Shown here: positions 30,136-40,019 of the stretch, one piece after another | How positions within the stretch are numbered: position 1 is the first letter of the stretch | Layout: each line of letters opens with the position of its first letter | Origin: Thermoanaerobaculia bacterium | Lineage (GTDB): Bacteria > Acidobacteriota > Thermoanaerobaculia > UBA5066 | Direction of reading: 5' to 3' | Assembly: GCA_038245905.1 (NCBI GenBank) | Contig: JBBRRY010000018.1 | Span: 1 to 64,000, forward strand | Length of the DNA: 64,000 nucleotides | The notes under the pieces: generated by a model | What the model was told of the DNA's origin: nothing | The model's database searches: none | Seen by the model: the letters and a program-made list of their open reading frames with translations, nothing else | Position numbers and translations under genes: made by a program

Positions 30136-30867
30136 GTGAGCGTGACGATGACGAGTCCGCTCGACAGACTATTCCTCCTCCAGGAAGTTCTTCTCGAGGT
30201 CGACGCCAAGACCCTGCGGCGCGAGCGCACGCCGGACCATCTCGTCCATATCGAGGCGGCCTATCTCGACGCCCGGCGGCAGCGCGACGACGCGGGGGCG
30301 GTCCTCTCGCAGGCCGGGGACCGCAAGAAGGTGCTCGACGGCGAGATCCAGGATTTCAACGAGCACTTGAAGAAGTACCAGCAGCAGCTGCAATCCGTAA
30401 AGACGAGCCGCGAGTACAGCGCGCTCCTGAACGAGATCGACGGCATCAAACGCGAGGTGAGAACCCGTGAGGACGAGCTCCTTTCCCTCGACGAGGCGAT
30501 GGCCGGCTCCTCGACGGAGCTCAACCTTCGGGACGAGGCGTTCCCGGCCGAAGAGGCCGGCTACGAAGAGCAGATGAAGGAGTGGCGGGCCGAGCAGGCC
30601 GCCCTCGACGCCGAGATCGCCGAAGCGAATAAGAGGGTGAAGAGCCTCCGGGCCGAGCTCGAGCCGCGCCTCCTGAAGACGTTCGAGCAGATCCGGCACA
30701 AGCGGGCCGGTGTGGCCGTGGCCAGGGTCGACATGGTGGGGCCGCAGACGGCCGCCTGTTCGGCCTGTCACGTGCGCCTCAGGCCGCAGCTTCTCTCCGA
30801 TCTGCGGCTTTCCAAGGAGACGGTCTTCTGCGAGAGCTGCAAGCGGATCCTCTACTGGGTTCCGTGA
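30136..30867 (+). CDS. Coiled-coil C4-type zinc-ribbon protein (DUF164/CT398 family)
   Basis: Long coiled coil with SREYSALLNEI; CSACH..CESCKRILY. Confidence 0.88.
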   Translation: MSVTMTSPLDRLFLLQEVLLEVDAKTLRRERTPDHLVHIEAAYLDARRQRDDAGAVLSQAGDRKKVLDGEIQDFNEHLKKYQQQLQSVKTSREYSALLNEIDGIKREVRTREDELLSLDEAMAGSSTELNLRDEAFPAEEAGYEEQMKEWRAEQAALDAEIAEANKRVKSLRAELEPRLLKTFEQIRHKRAGVAVARVDMVGPQTAACSACHVRLRPQLLSDLRLSKETVFCESCKRILYWVP

Positions 30868-31289
30868 GGCGCGCGGGAACGCTCGTTCTCTATTTCGACG
30901 GGGCTTCGCGCGGGAATCCCGGTCCCGCGTCGTACGGCGTGTGGTCGCCCGACGGGCTCCATGACGCCAAAACGCTCGGCTCCACGACGAACAACGTGGC
31001 CGAGTGGCGCGGCTTTCTCGCGGCCCTGGACCTCGCGCTCCGCGCGCTCGAATCGGGCGCGCGGGACGTCGAGATCCGGGCCGACAGCCAGCTCGTCCTC
31101 CGGCAGTTCTCCGGCGAGTACCGCATGAAGGCGCCGCATCTCGTGGGCTTCCTCGAAGAGGCCCGCCGGAAAGCGCGTCAGATTCCAAGGCTCAGCGTCG
31201 TCCATGTGCCGCGCGAGGAGAACCACGAGGCCGACGCTCTCGCGAACGCGGCTCTTGACGATGCTCTCGCCGCCGCTCGTTCGAGGTAG
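30864..31289 (+). CDS. rnhA: Ribonuclease HI family protein
   Basis: FDGASRGNPGPA, TNNVAEW, DSQLV, HVPREENHEADALAN. Confidence 0.88.
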   Translation: MRRAGTLVLYFDGASRGNPGPASYGVWSPDGLHDAKTLGSTTNNVAEWRGFLAALDLALRALESGARDVEIRADSQLVLRQFSGEYRMKAPHLVGFLEEARRKARQIPRLSVVHVPREENHEADALANAALDDALAAARSR

Positions 31290-31304
31290 AGAGGCACAGT
31301 CGCC

Positions 31305-31979
31305 ATGACTCGTGGCGAAGAGATTGCCGCACGCCTCGCCGACGTGACGGGGCGGATTGCCGCGGCTGCCGTACGTTCCGGACGTAAGCCCGAAGACGTC
31401 CTCCTCGTCGTGGTGGGGAAGACGCATCCGGTCGAGGACCTTCTTGCGGCCTACGCCGGCGGAGCTCGCGCCTTCGGCGAGAACCGCGTCCAGGAAGCCG
31501 AGGAGAAGTTTCCGGGGCTGCCGCCCGATGCCTCGGGTCATCTCATCGGCCCCCTCCAGTCGAACAAGGTGAACCGTGCCGTGAAGGCGGCCGCGGTGAT
31601 CCAGACGATCGATTCCGAGGACCTGGCGCGGCGCCTCGACTGCGCCGCGGCGGCCTTAGGGAAGCGCCTCGATGTGTTCGTCCAGGTGCGCCTCGGCGGG
31701 GAGGCCACGAAGTCGGGCATCGAGCCGCCCGGCGCCGCCGCACTCGTCGAGGCCGTGCGCGCGCTCCCCGCGCTCGACCTCAGGGGACTCATGACGATTC
31801 CTCCCCCCGGAAACACGCGTCCGCACTTTGCGGAGCTGCGTGAGCTCGGGAAACGTCTCGGCGTTTCCGGGCTCTCGATGGGGATGAGCGACGATTTCGA
31901 GACGGCCGTCGAAGAGGGCGCGACGCTCGTGCGGGTGGGCTCGGCGATCTTCGGAGAGAGAACGAGAGAGACTTCCTAG
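31305..31979 (+). CDS. yggS: PLP homeostasis protein YggS
   Basis: FGENRVQE, HLIGPLQSNKV, GLMTIPP, LSMGMSDDFE, VRVGSAIFG. Confidence 0.95.
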   Translation: MTRGEEIAARLADVTGRIAAAAVRSGRKPEDVLLVVVGKTHPVEDLLAAYAGGARAFGENRVQEAEEKFPGLPPDASGHLIGPLQSNKVNRAVKAAAVIQTIDSEDLARRLDCAAAALGKRLDVFVQVRLGGEATKSGIEPPGAAALVEAVRALPALDLRGLMTIPPPGNTRPHFAELRELGKRLGVSGLSMGMSDDFETAVEEGATLVRVGSAIFGERTRETS

Positions 31980-32002
31980 AAGGTGAAGAGGGGAGATCGA
32001 CG

Positions 32003-32695
32003 ATGAGGCTGCCGAACGCGATGCATTTTGCCGCGCCACCGGGCTGGCGGCGCATCCCGCCCGTGACGCGCGCGCTCCTCGTCCTCGTAGCGGCGGGCTA
32101 TCTCCTGACGCTCGCGTGGCCCGCGGCGGCCGCTTGGCTCGCGCTCGCGCCGGGTGCCGTCCTCGCAGGACAGGTCTGGCGCGTCCTGACCTACGCTCTC
32201 GTGGGAACGTCGATCTCGGGGATCCTTTTCTCGCTCCTCCTCGTGTGGAGCCTCGGCAGCGAGGTCGAGCCGCGCTGGGGCTCGCGCCGGTTCGCCGTGT
32301 TCCTCGCGGGCGCCACAATCGTCGCGGGCGTCTGCGGCCTCTTCGTCGGAGGCGGCGTCGGACTTTCGCCGACGCTTCTCGCGCTGATCTTCGCGTGGAT
32401 GCTCGAGGGACCTTCGCAGAGTCTCCTCTTCTTCGGAGTTTTCCCGATGACGAGGCTCGGCTTCTCGCTCCTCGCCTTCGTCCTCGTGGTCTTCTCCGAG
32501 CTCGAGAGCACCCGTTCCCTCCCGCGCCTCCTCTTCGTGCTCGGCGGCCTGCCGGTCGCGTGGCTTTTCGTCCGCGGCTTTCGCGGCGGCGGCGGTGGCC
32601 GAGGCGGCGGACCGCGCTTCCCGCGGGTCCGGAACCCGTTCCGGCGCCGCCGCTTCACGGTCGTCGACACGGAGCGCGACTTTCGCGTCCATTGA
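32003..32695 (+). CDS. Rhomboid-like / DUF1751 membrane protein
   Basis: PPVTRALL..GQVWRVLTY..GSEVEPRWGSRRF; catalytic Ser/His not evident. Confidence 0.65.
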   Translation: MRLPNAMHFAAPPGWRRIPPVTRALLVLVAAGYLLTLAWPAAAAWLALAPGAVLAGQVWRVLTYALVGTSISGILFSLLLVWSLGSEVEPRWGSRRFAVFLAGATIVAGVCGLFVGGGVGLSPTLLALIFAWMLEGPSQSLLFFGVFPMTRLGFSLLAFVLVVFSELESTRSLPRLLFVLGGLPVAWLFVRGFRGGGGGRGGGPRFPRVRNPFRRRRFTVVDTERDFRVH

Positions 32696-32725
32696 ATTGA
32701 GTCCAAAGGGTTTATAATCAGGCGC

Positions 32726-33241
32726 ATGAGACCTTCCATCAGCGCTCTCGAGATCCGCAAGAGGCAGTTCCCGAAGCGTTTCCGCGGCTTCGACCCCGCC
32801 GAAGTGACGAACTTCCTCGATGCCTTTGCCGAGGACCTCGAAGAGATGTCCCGCGAGCTGGACGAGCTGGAGCGCGAGAACGCGCGGCTCCGGGAGGAGA
32901 ACGCCCGTCACCGCGACACGGAGGCCACGCTCAAGGAGACGCTGCTTCTCGCCCAGCGCTCGGCCGACAGTCTCCGCGCGACGAGCGAGAAGGACGCTGG
33001 CCGCATCGTGCACGAGGCCGAGACGAAAGCCGAGCGCATGGTGCAGCAGGGCTTCGAGCGGATGGCCGATACGGAGAAGAAGATCCGCGAGCTCCGCATG
33101 GAGCGCCGGAACTTCCAGCTGAAGCTCCAGAGCACGATCGAGCTCTTCCAGCAGGTCCTCAACTTCGACAAGGAAGAAGACGAGATGGAGAGTTCCCTCT
33201 CGATTCACCGCCCGAAGAAGCGCGAGGGAGAGACGGCCTGA
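32726..33241 (+). CDS. divIVA: DivIVA-domain protein
   Basis: EIRKRQFPKRFRGFDPAEVTNFL followed by a coiled coil. Confidence 0.88.
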   Translation: MRPSISALEIRKRQFPKRFRGFDPAEVTNFLDAFAEDLEEMSRELDELERENARLREENARHRDTEATLKETLLLAQRSADSLRATSEKDAGRIVHEAETKAERMVQQGFERMADTEKKIRELRMERRNFQLKLQSTIELFQQVLNFDKEEDEMESSLSIHRPKKREGETA

Positions 33242-34515
33242 AGCGGCTGTCCATCCGGCATCTCGCCGAGCTGGCGACGCCGGAGGGAACCTCGGCCCGT
33301 GCCGGCGCCGCCCAGGGCGTCCTCCGTCGGGTGAGGGACGCCGCGCTCCGCATGGAAGACGGTCTCATCGTCTTCGCGGGGTCCGATGCGGAGCTCGTCC
33401 GGCTCTATGGCGAGGAACCGGCGTCTCACGAGACCGTGCTCGACGGGCGGGGGAAGACGGCCGTTCCCGGCTTCGTCGACGCGCACACTCACTTGCCCTG
33501 GGACGGCTTCCGCGAGGACGAGTTCAACCGCCGCCTCAAAGGCGAAACCTATGCCGGGATCGCGGCGGCGGGCGGAGGTATCGTCGCGACCGTAGCCGCG
33601 ACTCGGGCCGCCTCGGAGGAGAAACTCGCGCTGAACGTTCGTGCGCGCCTCGACCGGATGCTCCTCCACGGGACGACGTATTGCGAGGCGAAGACGGGCT
33701 ACGGCCTCGACCTCGCCAACGAGACGAAGCAGCTCAAGGCGCTTCTCGCAGGGGCGAGGGGGCACGCCGTCGGCGTCGCATCGACGGCGCTTCCCGCTCA
33801 CGATTTTCCGCCCGAGCGGCGCGGGTCCCCGGCGCTCCGGGCGCGCTACGTCGACGAGTGCCGGCACGAGATCATCCCGGCCCTCGCGGCCATCGGCGCG
33901 CGCTTCGTGGACGTCTTCTGCGAGGAGGGCGTCTTCTCGCTCGAGGAGTCCGCCTCGATCCTCGAGGCGGGGAAGGCGCTCGGCCTCGTCCCGCGCGTGC
34001 ATGCCGACGAGCTCACTCCGCTCGGCGGCGCGTCGCTCGCGGCGCGGATGGGAGCCGCCTCGGCCGACCACCTCCTCTACGCGACCGACGCCGGTATAGA
34101 GGACATGGCGAAGGCGGGCGTCGTCGCGACGCTCCTGCCGGGCACGTCGGTGTTCCTCCGGATGAACCGCTACGCGCCCGCGCGAAAAATGATTACCGCC
34201 GGTATCCCAGTCGCGCTCGGAACCGACTGCAACCCAGGTTCGTCGTACACGGAGTCGCTTCCGGCCGTCGCGTTCCTCGCCTCCGTCGGGATGGGCCTGA
34301 CGGTGGAGGAGACGCTGACGGCCATGACTCTCAACGCGGCGGCTTCCCTCGGCGAGGGGGCGCGGCGTGGGACGCTTGAAGCCGGGAAGGCGGGCGACGC
34401 GGTCCTCCTCGACGGGCCGTCGCTCGAGCACCTCGTCTACCACTGGGGCGTGAATCTCGTGACCGACGTTGTCGCGGGCGGCTGCCATGTCGTTCAACAC
34501 GGCCTGCTACGCTGA
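33238..34515 (+). CDS. hutI: Imidazolonepropionase; probable CTG start
   Basis: PGFVDAHTH, GGGIVATV, EAKTGYG, DVFCEEG, HADEL, ADHL, GTDCNPG. The N-terminal LSIRHLAELATP lies upstream of the track start. Confidence 0.92.
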   Translation: MKRLSIRHLAELATPEGTSARAGAAQGVLRRVRDAALRMEDGLIVFAGSDAELVRLYGEEPASHETVLDGRGKTAVPGFVDAHTHLPWDGFREDEFNRRLKGETYAGIAAAGGGIVATVAATRAASEEKLALNVRARLDRMLLHGTTYCEAKTGYGLDLANETKQLKALLAGARGHAVGVASTALPAHDFPPERRGSPALRARYVDECRHEIIPALAAIGARFVDVFCEEGVFSLEESASILEAGKALGLVPRVHADELTPLGGASLAARMGAASADHLLYATDAGIEDMAKAGVVATLLPGTSVFLRMNRYAPARKMITAGIPVALGTDCNPGSSYTESLPAVAFLASVGMGLTVEETLTAMTLNAAASLGEGARRGTLEAGKAGDAVLLDGPSLEHLVYHWGVNLVTDVVAGGCHVVQHGLLR

Positions 34516-34519
34516 GCGG

Positions 34520-35167
34520 ATGAACCGCCTCGCTTCTCTCTCCTCCCTTTCCGTCGCCGACTTCGCCGCAGCCCTCGCTTCCGACGCCGCCGTGCCAGGT
34601 GGAGGGTCGGCCGCGGCCGCCGGCGGCGCGAACGCCGCCGGCCTCCTCGCGATGGTTGTCCGGCTCACCCTCGGCAAGGAGAAGTACAAGGCTGCTTGGG
34701 AGGAGCTGACGCCGCTCGCGAATCGGCTCGACGACGCCCGCGTCAAGCTCCTTGGCCTCGTCGACGAGGACGCGAAGGCCTTCGACGCCGTCATGGCCGC
34801 GCGGCGCCTCCCGAAGGAAACCGACGCCGAGAAGACCGCGCGTCAGACGACGATCGACGAGGCGAACGTTCTCGCCACGGCGGTCCCGATGCAGACGGCC
34901 TTCTTCGCGCACGAGGCGTTGAAGACCGCTCCCCTCGTCCTCGAGAAGGGAAACCCGAACGCGGCTTCCGACGCATGGGCGGGCGCCCTCGCCTCGTGGT
35001 CCGCCGTCCTCGCCGCGCTCGCAAACGTGAGGATCAACCTGCCCGGCGTCTCCGACCCGGAGCTTCAACGGGGCTTTCGCGAGGACGCCCACGCGATGGA
35101 AAGAACCGCGGGCGAGGCGTTCGAGAAGACGCGCGCGCTGGCCCGTACCCGCGGTCTCGCCGCGTGA
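34520..35167 (+). CDS. Formiminotetrahydrofolate cyclodeaminase-family protein (FTCD C-terminal domain)
   Basis: LASDAAVPGGGSAAA, LVDEDAKAF, GNPNAASDA, NVRINL. Confidence 0.88.
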   Translation: MNRLASLSSLSVADFAAALASDAAVPGGGSAAAAGGANAAGLLAMVVRLTLGKEKYKAAWEELTPLANRLDDARVKLLGLVDEDAKAFDAVMAARRLPKETDAEKTARQTTIDEANVLATAVPMQTAFFAHEALKTAPLVLEKGNPNAASDAWAGALASWSAVLAALANVRINLPGVSDPELQRGFREDAHAMERTAGEAFEKTRALARTRGLAA

Positions 35168-36225
35168 GGTCCCGGGCCCGCCGCGCCGCGGGCGCGGCCC
35201 TCCTCCTCGCGGCGCTCGGTCGGCCTGTGTCCGCCGCCGTTCTCGGTTTCGACCGTCCGGCCGACGCGTTCGAGCCGTCGCCGGGTTTCCACCTAGGCGC
35301 GCCCGCGCCGGAGGACGCTCCCGCCGGCGCGCATGCGGGTCCCGATGCTGTGGCGAAGCCCGCGGTGCCGCCGAAGCGACCGCGTTTCTGGGACGCCAAG
35401 ACGACGGCGATCACCGCCGGCGTCATCATCGGCGCTCCCGTCCTCGGCTACTTCACGTGGTGGCGGGTGGACAGCCGCCCGACGTTCGAGTTCGCGAACG
35501 AACGCTGGTTTCAGAGTGATACGTACGCAGGCGGCGCCGACAAGGCGTCGCACATCTTCCTCGGCTACTTCGGGACGCAGGTCCTTCAGAACGCGTACCG
35601 CGCCATTGGCAAGAAGCCCGCCGAGGCCCGCGCGCTCGCCCTCGGCGTCGTCGCGCTGACGGGCGCGCTGATCGAGATCGGCGACGGCTATTCGAAGTAC
35701 GGCTTTTCCTGGGAAGACATCACGGCGAACACGATCGGCTCTCTCGTCGCGACAGGGATCGACGCCTGGGGCCTCAAGGACACCGTCGGACTGCGCTTCG
35801 GTTACGTGAAGACCCTCAAGCCGGATGAATGCTGCCGGTTCGGAGGCTACGGGGACGACTATTCGAAGGAGATCTACTCGGCGGACCTCAAGCTCGCCGG
35901 ATTCCTCCCGCGTCTCGCGATCAAGCCGGGAGCCGCGCGGTTCTTTCTCCTGTCGGTCACGTACGGCTCGAAGGGGTACCGGTACTCGGCGGAGCCGGTG
36001 CGCGAGCGCAACGTAGGGCTCGAGATCGGCCTCAACCTAAAGGAGGTCTTCGTCGCGGTCGGGGTTCCCGAGAAGCCGTTGTGGGGGAGGGTCCTCCTCG
36101 GCATCGCGACGTATTTCCGGTTTCCGTACACGTCGTTCGGCTGGCACTACGACCTGAACCACGGCACGTGGAGCGGCCCGGACACCGGGGACCGCTTCGA
36201 CCCCGGCTCGATCATTTACGACTGA
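35164..36225 (+). CDS. DUF2279/YfiM-like membrane or exported protein
   Basis: Signal-like N-terminus; GGADKASH, IEIGDG, GFSWEDITAN; GTGA overlap. Confidence 0.7.
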   Translation: MRSRARRAAGAALLLAALGRPVSAAVLGFDRPADAFEPSPGFHLGAPAPEDAPAGAHAGPDAVAKPAVPPKRPRFWDAKTTAITAGVIIGAPVLGYFTWWRVDSRPTFEFANERWFQSDTYAGGADKASHIFLGYFGTQVLQNAYRAIGKKPAEARALALGVVALTGALIEIGDGYSKYGFSWEDITANTIGSLVATGIDAWGLKDTVGLRFGYVKTLKPDECCRFGGYGDDYSKEIYSADLKLAGFLPRLAIKPGAARFFLLSVTYGSKGYRYSAEPVRERNVGLEIGLNLKEVFVAVGVPEKPLWGRVLLGIATYFRFPYTSFGWHYDLNHGTWSGPDTGDRFDPGSIIYD

Positions 36226-36282
36226 CCCCTCGCACCGGGGCTGGCCCATGAGTCCCGACGCCGCCGGATAGACTCGCGAACG

Positions 36283-39063
36283 ATGGCAGATCCGCCGGCG
36301 AATCCGCTCCCCACCATTCCGACCCTCGCCCTCATCGACGCGTCGAACTATCTCTATCGCGCGTTCTACGCGATCCGCGGGCTCACGGGTCCCGGGGGCC
36401 GGCCCACGAATGCCGTCTACGGCTTCCTGAACATGTGGCGAAAGTACGTCGTGGATCGGAAGCCCGTGGCCGTCGCGGTGTGCTTCGACCGGTACGAGAA
36501 GACGTTTCGTGAAGAGCTGGACCCGAGCTACAAGGCCCAGCGGCAGGCGATGCCGGACGACCTCGTACCGCAGATCGAGGATGCCAAGAGGGTCTGCCGG
36601 CTTCTCGGCCTGGCCGTCGTCGAGGAAGCGGGCTACGAGGCGGACGACCTCATCGGCTCGATCGCCGTGGTGGCGAAGGAAGCGGTCTTCCGCGCCGAGA
36701 TCTGCTCGGCCGACAAGGACCTCTTCCAGCTCGTGAATGACCCGGACGTCGCCGTCTGGCATCCCGTGAAAGAGATGCTGCTCGACGAGGCAGGCGTTCT
36801 CGAGTTCTTCGGTGTCAAGCCGTCGCAGGTGATCGACGTCCTCGCGCTCATGGGCGACTCGTCCGACAACATCCCGGGAGTCCGGGGAGTCGGCGAGAAG
36901 ACGGCGAAGGAGCTCATCGCGACGTTCGGATCTCTCGACGAGATCTACGCGCGCCTCGCCGAGGTCAAGGGAAAGAGGAAAGAGCTTCTCGCCGCCGGAC
37001 GCGAGGAGGCCTACCGCTCGCAGACGCTCGCGACGGTGCGCTGCGACCGGCCGCTGCCGGCGGCCCCGGAGGATCTGCTCGAGCATTTCCGCATCCGTCC
37101 CCTCACGGATGAAGCCGTCGCCCCTCTCGCGGCGTTCTATGAGGAGCTCGGCTTCGCGAAGCTCCGCAAGGAGCTTCTCGAGACGCGCCATGGCGAGCCT
37201 GAGACTGCGGCTCCGGCCGCGTCTCGGGCTTCTCTGGCCTCGCCCACGCTTTCTCTCTTCGACGAGGAGGCCGTCGTTGCGGGAGTGGCGGACCCGGCGC
37301 GCTGGGAAAAGGCGTCGTCGGGCTTCCTCGGGCTCGTCGCGTCCGCGCGGAAGGCGGGCCGCGCGGCCGTCCACGTGGAGTCCGGTCCCGGGGCTCCCTG
37401 GCCCGCACCGCCGCTCGCGGCGATCGTGGCCGTGCCGGGCGGCGAGACGGTGGCCTTTGCTCTCGACGAAGCCGGAACGCTCGCGCTCGCGGCTCTCTTC
37501 AGGGACGTGCCCCTCGTCGCGCACGACGCCAAGCGGCTCTTTCTGGCGGCCGATGCGCTCGGGATTGCGCCTCCCTCGCGCGTAGAGGACTCCATGCTCG
37601 CGAGCTACGTCGTCTCGCCGGGCCTCCACGCGCACGATCTCGCGGGCGACGCGCGGGGCATTCTGAACCTCCCTCCGGAGGCGGTGCCGCCCCTGAAGGA
37701 TCTCGCCGGCGGAGCGCCCGTCACGCTCGACCTCCTTGCGTCGGAAGCCGGGCGGAAGTGGCTCTCGCCGCGGGCCCGCCTCCCCCTCGCGCTCCTCGAC
37801 ACGCTCGCGCCGCGTCTCGCGGAGGGCTCGGCCTTGAGGCGCGTCCTCGATGACATCGAGCTGCCGCTGATTCCCGTCCTCGCGCGCATGGAGATCGCGG
37901 GCGTCGCCGTCGACCGCGGTGTGCTCGCGGAGATGTCGAAAGAGTTCGACGGGCGGCTGGCCGCGCTCGAAGCGAAGATCATCGAGGCGGCGGGAGAGCC
38001 CTTCAACATCGGCTCGCCTATGCAGCTCGGGCGGATCCTCTTCGAAAAGCTCGCGTACCCCGCGGTCAAGAAGACGGCCAAGACGAAGTCCTGGGCGACG
38101 GACTCCGACGTGCTCGAGGAGCTGGCCGCGCTCGCGACGGGCCCCGTGCCGGGGCTCGTCCTCGAGTGGCGCGAGATCTCGAAGCTGAAGGGCACGTACG
38201 TGGACGCGCTTCCCCTCGCGATCGCCGCCGACGGGCGCATCCACACGCGGTACGACCAGGCGGTCGCGGCGACGGGACGCCTCTCCTCGAACGCGCCGAA
38301 CCTCCAGAACATCCCGGTTCGCACGGAGGCCGGCCGCGCGATCCGCCGGGCCTTCGTCGCGCCGCCCGGCCGCGTCCTCGTGGCCGCGGACTACTCCCAG
38401 ATCGAGCTCCGCCTCCTCGCGCACCTGTCGGGGGACGAGGCGCTCCAGGAGACGTTCCGGCGCGGGGAAGACATCCACCGGGCCACCGCCGCGAAGATCT
38501 TCGGCATCTCGCCCGAGGCCGTCACACCGGACCAACGCCGCGGCGCGAAGACGATCAATTTCGGCGTCCTCTACGGTATGGGTCCGTTCGCGCTCGCGAC
38601 GCAGCTCGGCGTACCGCGCGCGGAGGCCAAGGAGTTCATCGCCGCCTATTTCGAGAGGTTCCCGAGAATCCGCGCGTGTCTCGACTCCATCCTCGAGAAG
38701 GCGCGCGCGACGGGCGGAACCGAGACGATCTTCGGGCGCGTGCGGCCCATCCCCGGCCTCCACGACCGGAACCACAACGTGCGCGCGAACGCCGAGAGGA
38801 TGGCGATGAACGCCCCGTTCCAGGGCGCCGCCGCGGATCTCATCAAGATCGCGATGCTCCGCCTCGACGCGGCGCTCTCTTGCGAGATCCCTCAGGTGAG
38901 GCTCCTCCTGCAGGTGCACGACGAGCTCGTTCTCGAGTGTCCGGAGGCTCTCGCGGGAAAGACCGCGGCACTCGCGAAGGTGACGATGGAAGGCGCGGCG
39001 ACGCTCTCCGTGCCTCTCACCGTCGACGTGGGCCAGGGCCGAAACTGGGCTCAGGCGAAGTGA
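36283..39063 (+). CDS. polA: DNA polymerase I
   Basis: 5' nuclease GYEADD and GDSSDNIPGV; polymerase TGRLSS, ADYSQIELR, AKTINFGVLYG, QVHDEL. Confidence 0.97.
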   Translation: MADPPANPLPTIPTLALIDASNYLYRAFYAIRGLTGPGGRPTNAVYGFLNMWRKYVVDRKPVAVAVCFDRYEKTFREELDPSYKAQRQAMPDDLVPQIEDAKRVCRLLGLAVVEEAGYEADDLIGSIAVVAKEAVFRAEICSADKDLFQLVNDPDVAVWHPVKEMLLDEAGVLEFFGVKPSQVIDVLALMGDSSDNIPGVRGVGEKTAKELIATFGSLDEIYARLAEVKGKRKELLAAGREEAYRSQTLATVRCDRPLPAAPEDLLEHFRIRPLTDEAVAPLAAFYEELGFAKLRKELLETRHGEPETAAPAASRASLASPTLSLFDEEAVVAGVADPARWEKASSGFLGLVASARKAGRAAVHVESGPGAPWPAPPLAAIVAVPGGETVAFALDEAGTLALAALFRDVPLVAHDAKRLFLAADALGIAPPSRVEDSMLASYVVSPGLHAHDLAGDARGILNLPPEAVPPLKDLAGGAPVTLDLLASEAGRKWLSPRARLPLALLDTLAPRLAEGSALRRVLDDIELPLIPVLARMEIAGVAVDRGVLAEMSKEFDGRLAALEAKIIEAAGEPFNIGSPMQLGRILFEKLAYPAVKKTAKTKSWATDSDVLEELAALATGPVPGLVLEWREISKLKGTYVDALPLAIAADGRIHTRYDQAVAATGRLSSNAPNLQNIPVRTEAGRAIRRAFVAPPGRVLVAADYSQIELRLLAHLSGDEALQETFRRGEDIHRATAAKIFGISPEAVTPDQRRGAKTINFGVLYGMGPFALATQLGVPRAEAKEFIAAYFERFPRIRACLDSILEKARATGGTETIFGRVRPIPGLHDRNHNVRANAERMAMNAPFQGAAADLIKIAMLRLDAALSCEIPQVRLLLQVHDELVLECPEALAGKTAALAKVTMEGAATLSVPLTVDVGQGRNWAQAK

Positions 39064-39113
39064 AGGAGCTCGGGAGAGCGAATTCCCGGCGCCATCCCGC
39101 TAGAATCAACCGG

Positions 39114-40019
39114 ATGCGTGCAGGCCTTTTCTTCGGCGTGGGGGCGATCGCCTTCGCGGGCCTGGCCGGATTCGCGGGAAGCGGGGGACGCGCGGAGGCC
39201 CAGACGCCGGCCTCCCGGCCCGTCGAGGCGCTGCCCGACGTGGCGCGCCTGACTCCCGCCGAAATCGCGTATGTCCATCCGCTCTATCGGGTGCTCGACG
39301 ACGCGCCGAAGCTTGCGGAACGCACGAACCCGCTCGATCTCGATACGCGGCAACCTCTCCTCTTCACGGTGCACCTTCTCGAAACCGGAAGGGTCGCCGA
39401 GGCCTTTCCCGTCGAGCCGCCGCTCAAGGCGTTCACGACGCCCCTTCCCGCGCTCTTGCCCCGCTGGCGGTTCACGCCTGCGAAGAAGGGCGGTCAGCCG
39501 GTCCAGACGTGGATGACGTACGGCATCGAGCTCGCGGTTTCGCTCGAGAAGGCCGTCTTCACGGCCTTCACCCTCGAGCCGATCCGGAAGGACGATCCGC
39601 TCGTCGCCACGGTTCCGGACACGACCGGCGACGCGTGGATGTCTCGCTATCCGCACGACGTCGACCCGAAGGATTCGTCGGCAATCTCGATCGAGGACGT
39701 CGACGTGCTTCCGTCTCCCGAGAAGACCCCGTGGAGCCTCGACGCATCGCGCGCCCGCGCCCGTGTGACCGCGCTCGTCGAAGTCTCCGAGCAGGGCACG
39801 GTCAGCCGTTTTCTTCCGACCGGCGAAACGGAACCGCTCCTGGGCGCCTGGGTGAAGGCATTCGCGGCGAAGTGGCGCGTCACGCCGGCCACGGCGGGCG
39901 GGCGGCCGGTCTCATGCTGGATGGCGCTCGACGCCACGCTCGACTACACGCTCGATTCGGCGAAGAAAAAGAGCGAGCGCGTCGTCAAGAAGAACCTGCG
40001 CGGGGTGGGGTCGAAGTAA
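39114..40019 (+). CDS. Exported protein with two TonB C-terminal-like repeats
   Basis: Signal peptide ending AEA; WRFTPAKKGGQPV and WRVTPATAGGRPV. Confidence 0.55.
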   Translation: MRAGLFFGVGAIAFAGLAGFAGSGGRAEAQTPASRPVEALPDVARLTPAEIAYVHPLYRVLDDAPKLAERTNPLDLDTRQPLLFTVHLLETGRVAEAFPVEPPLKAFTTPLPALLPRWRFTPAKKGGQPVQTWMTYGIELAVSLEKAVFTAFTLEPIRKDDPLVATVPDTTGDAWMSRYPHDVDPKDSSAISIEDVDVLPSPEKTPWSLDASRARARVTALVEVSEQGTVSRFLPTGETEPLLGAWVKAFAAKWRVTPATAGGRPVSCWMALDATLDYTLDSAKKKSERVVKKNLRGVGSK

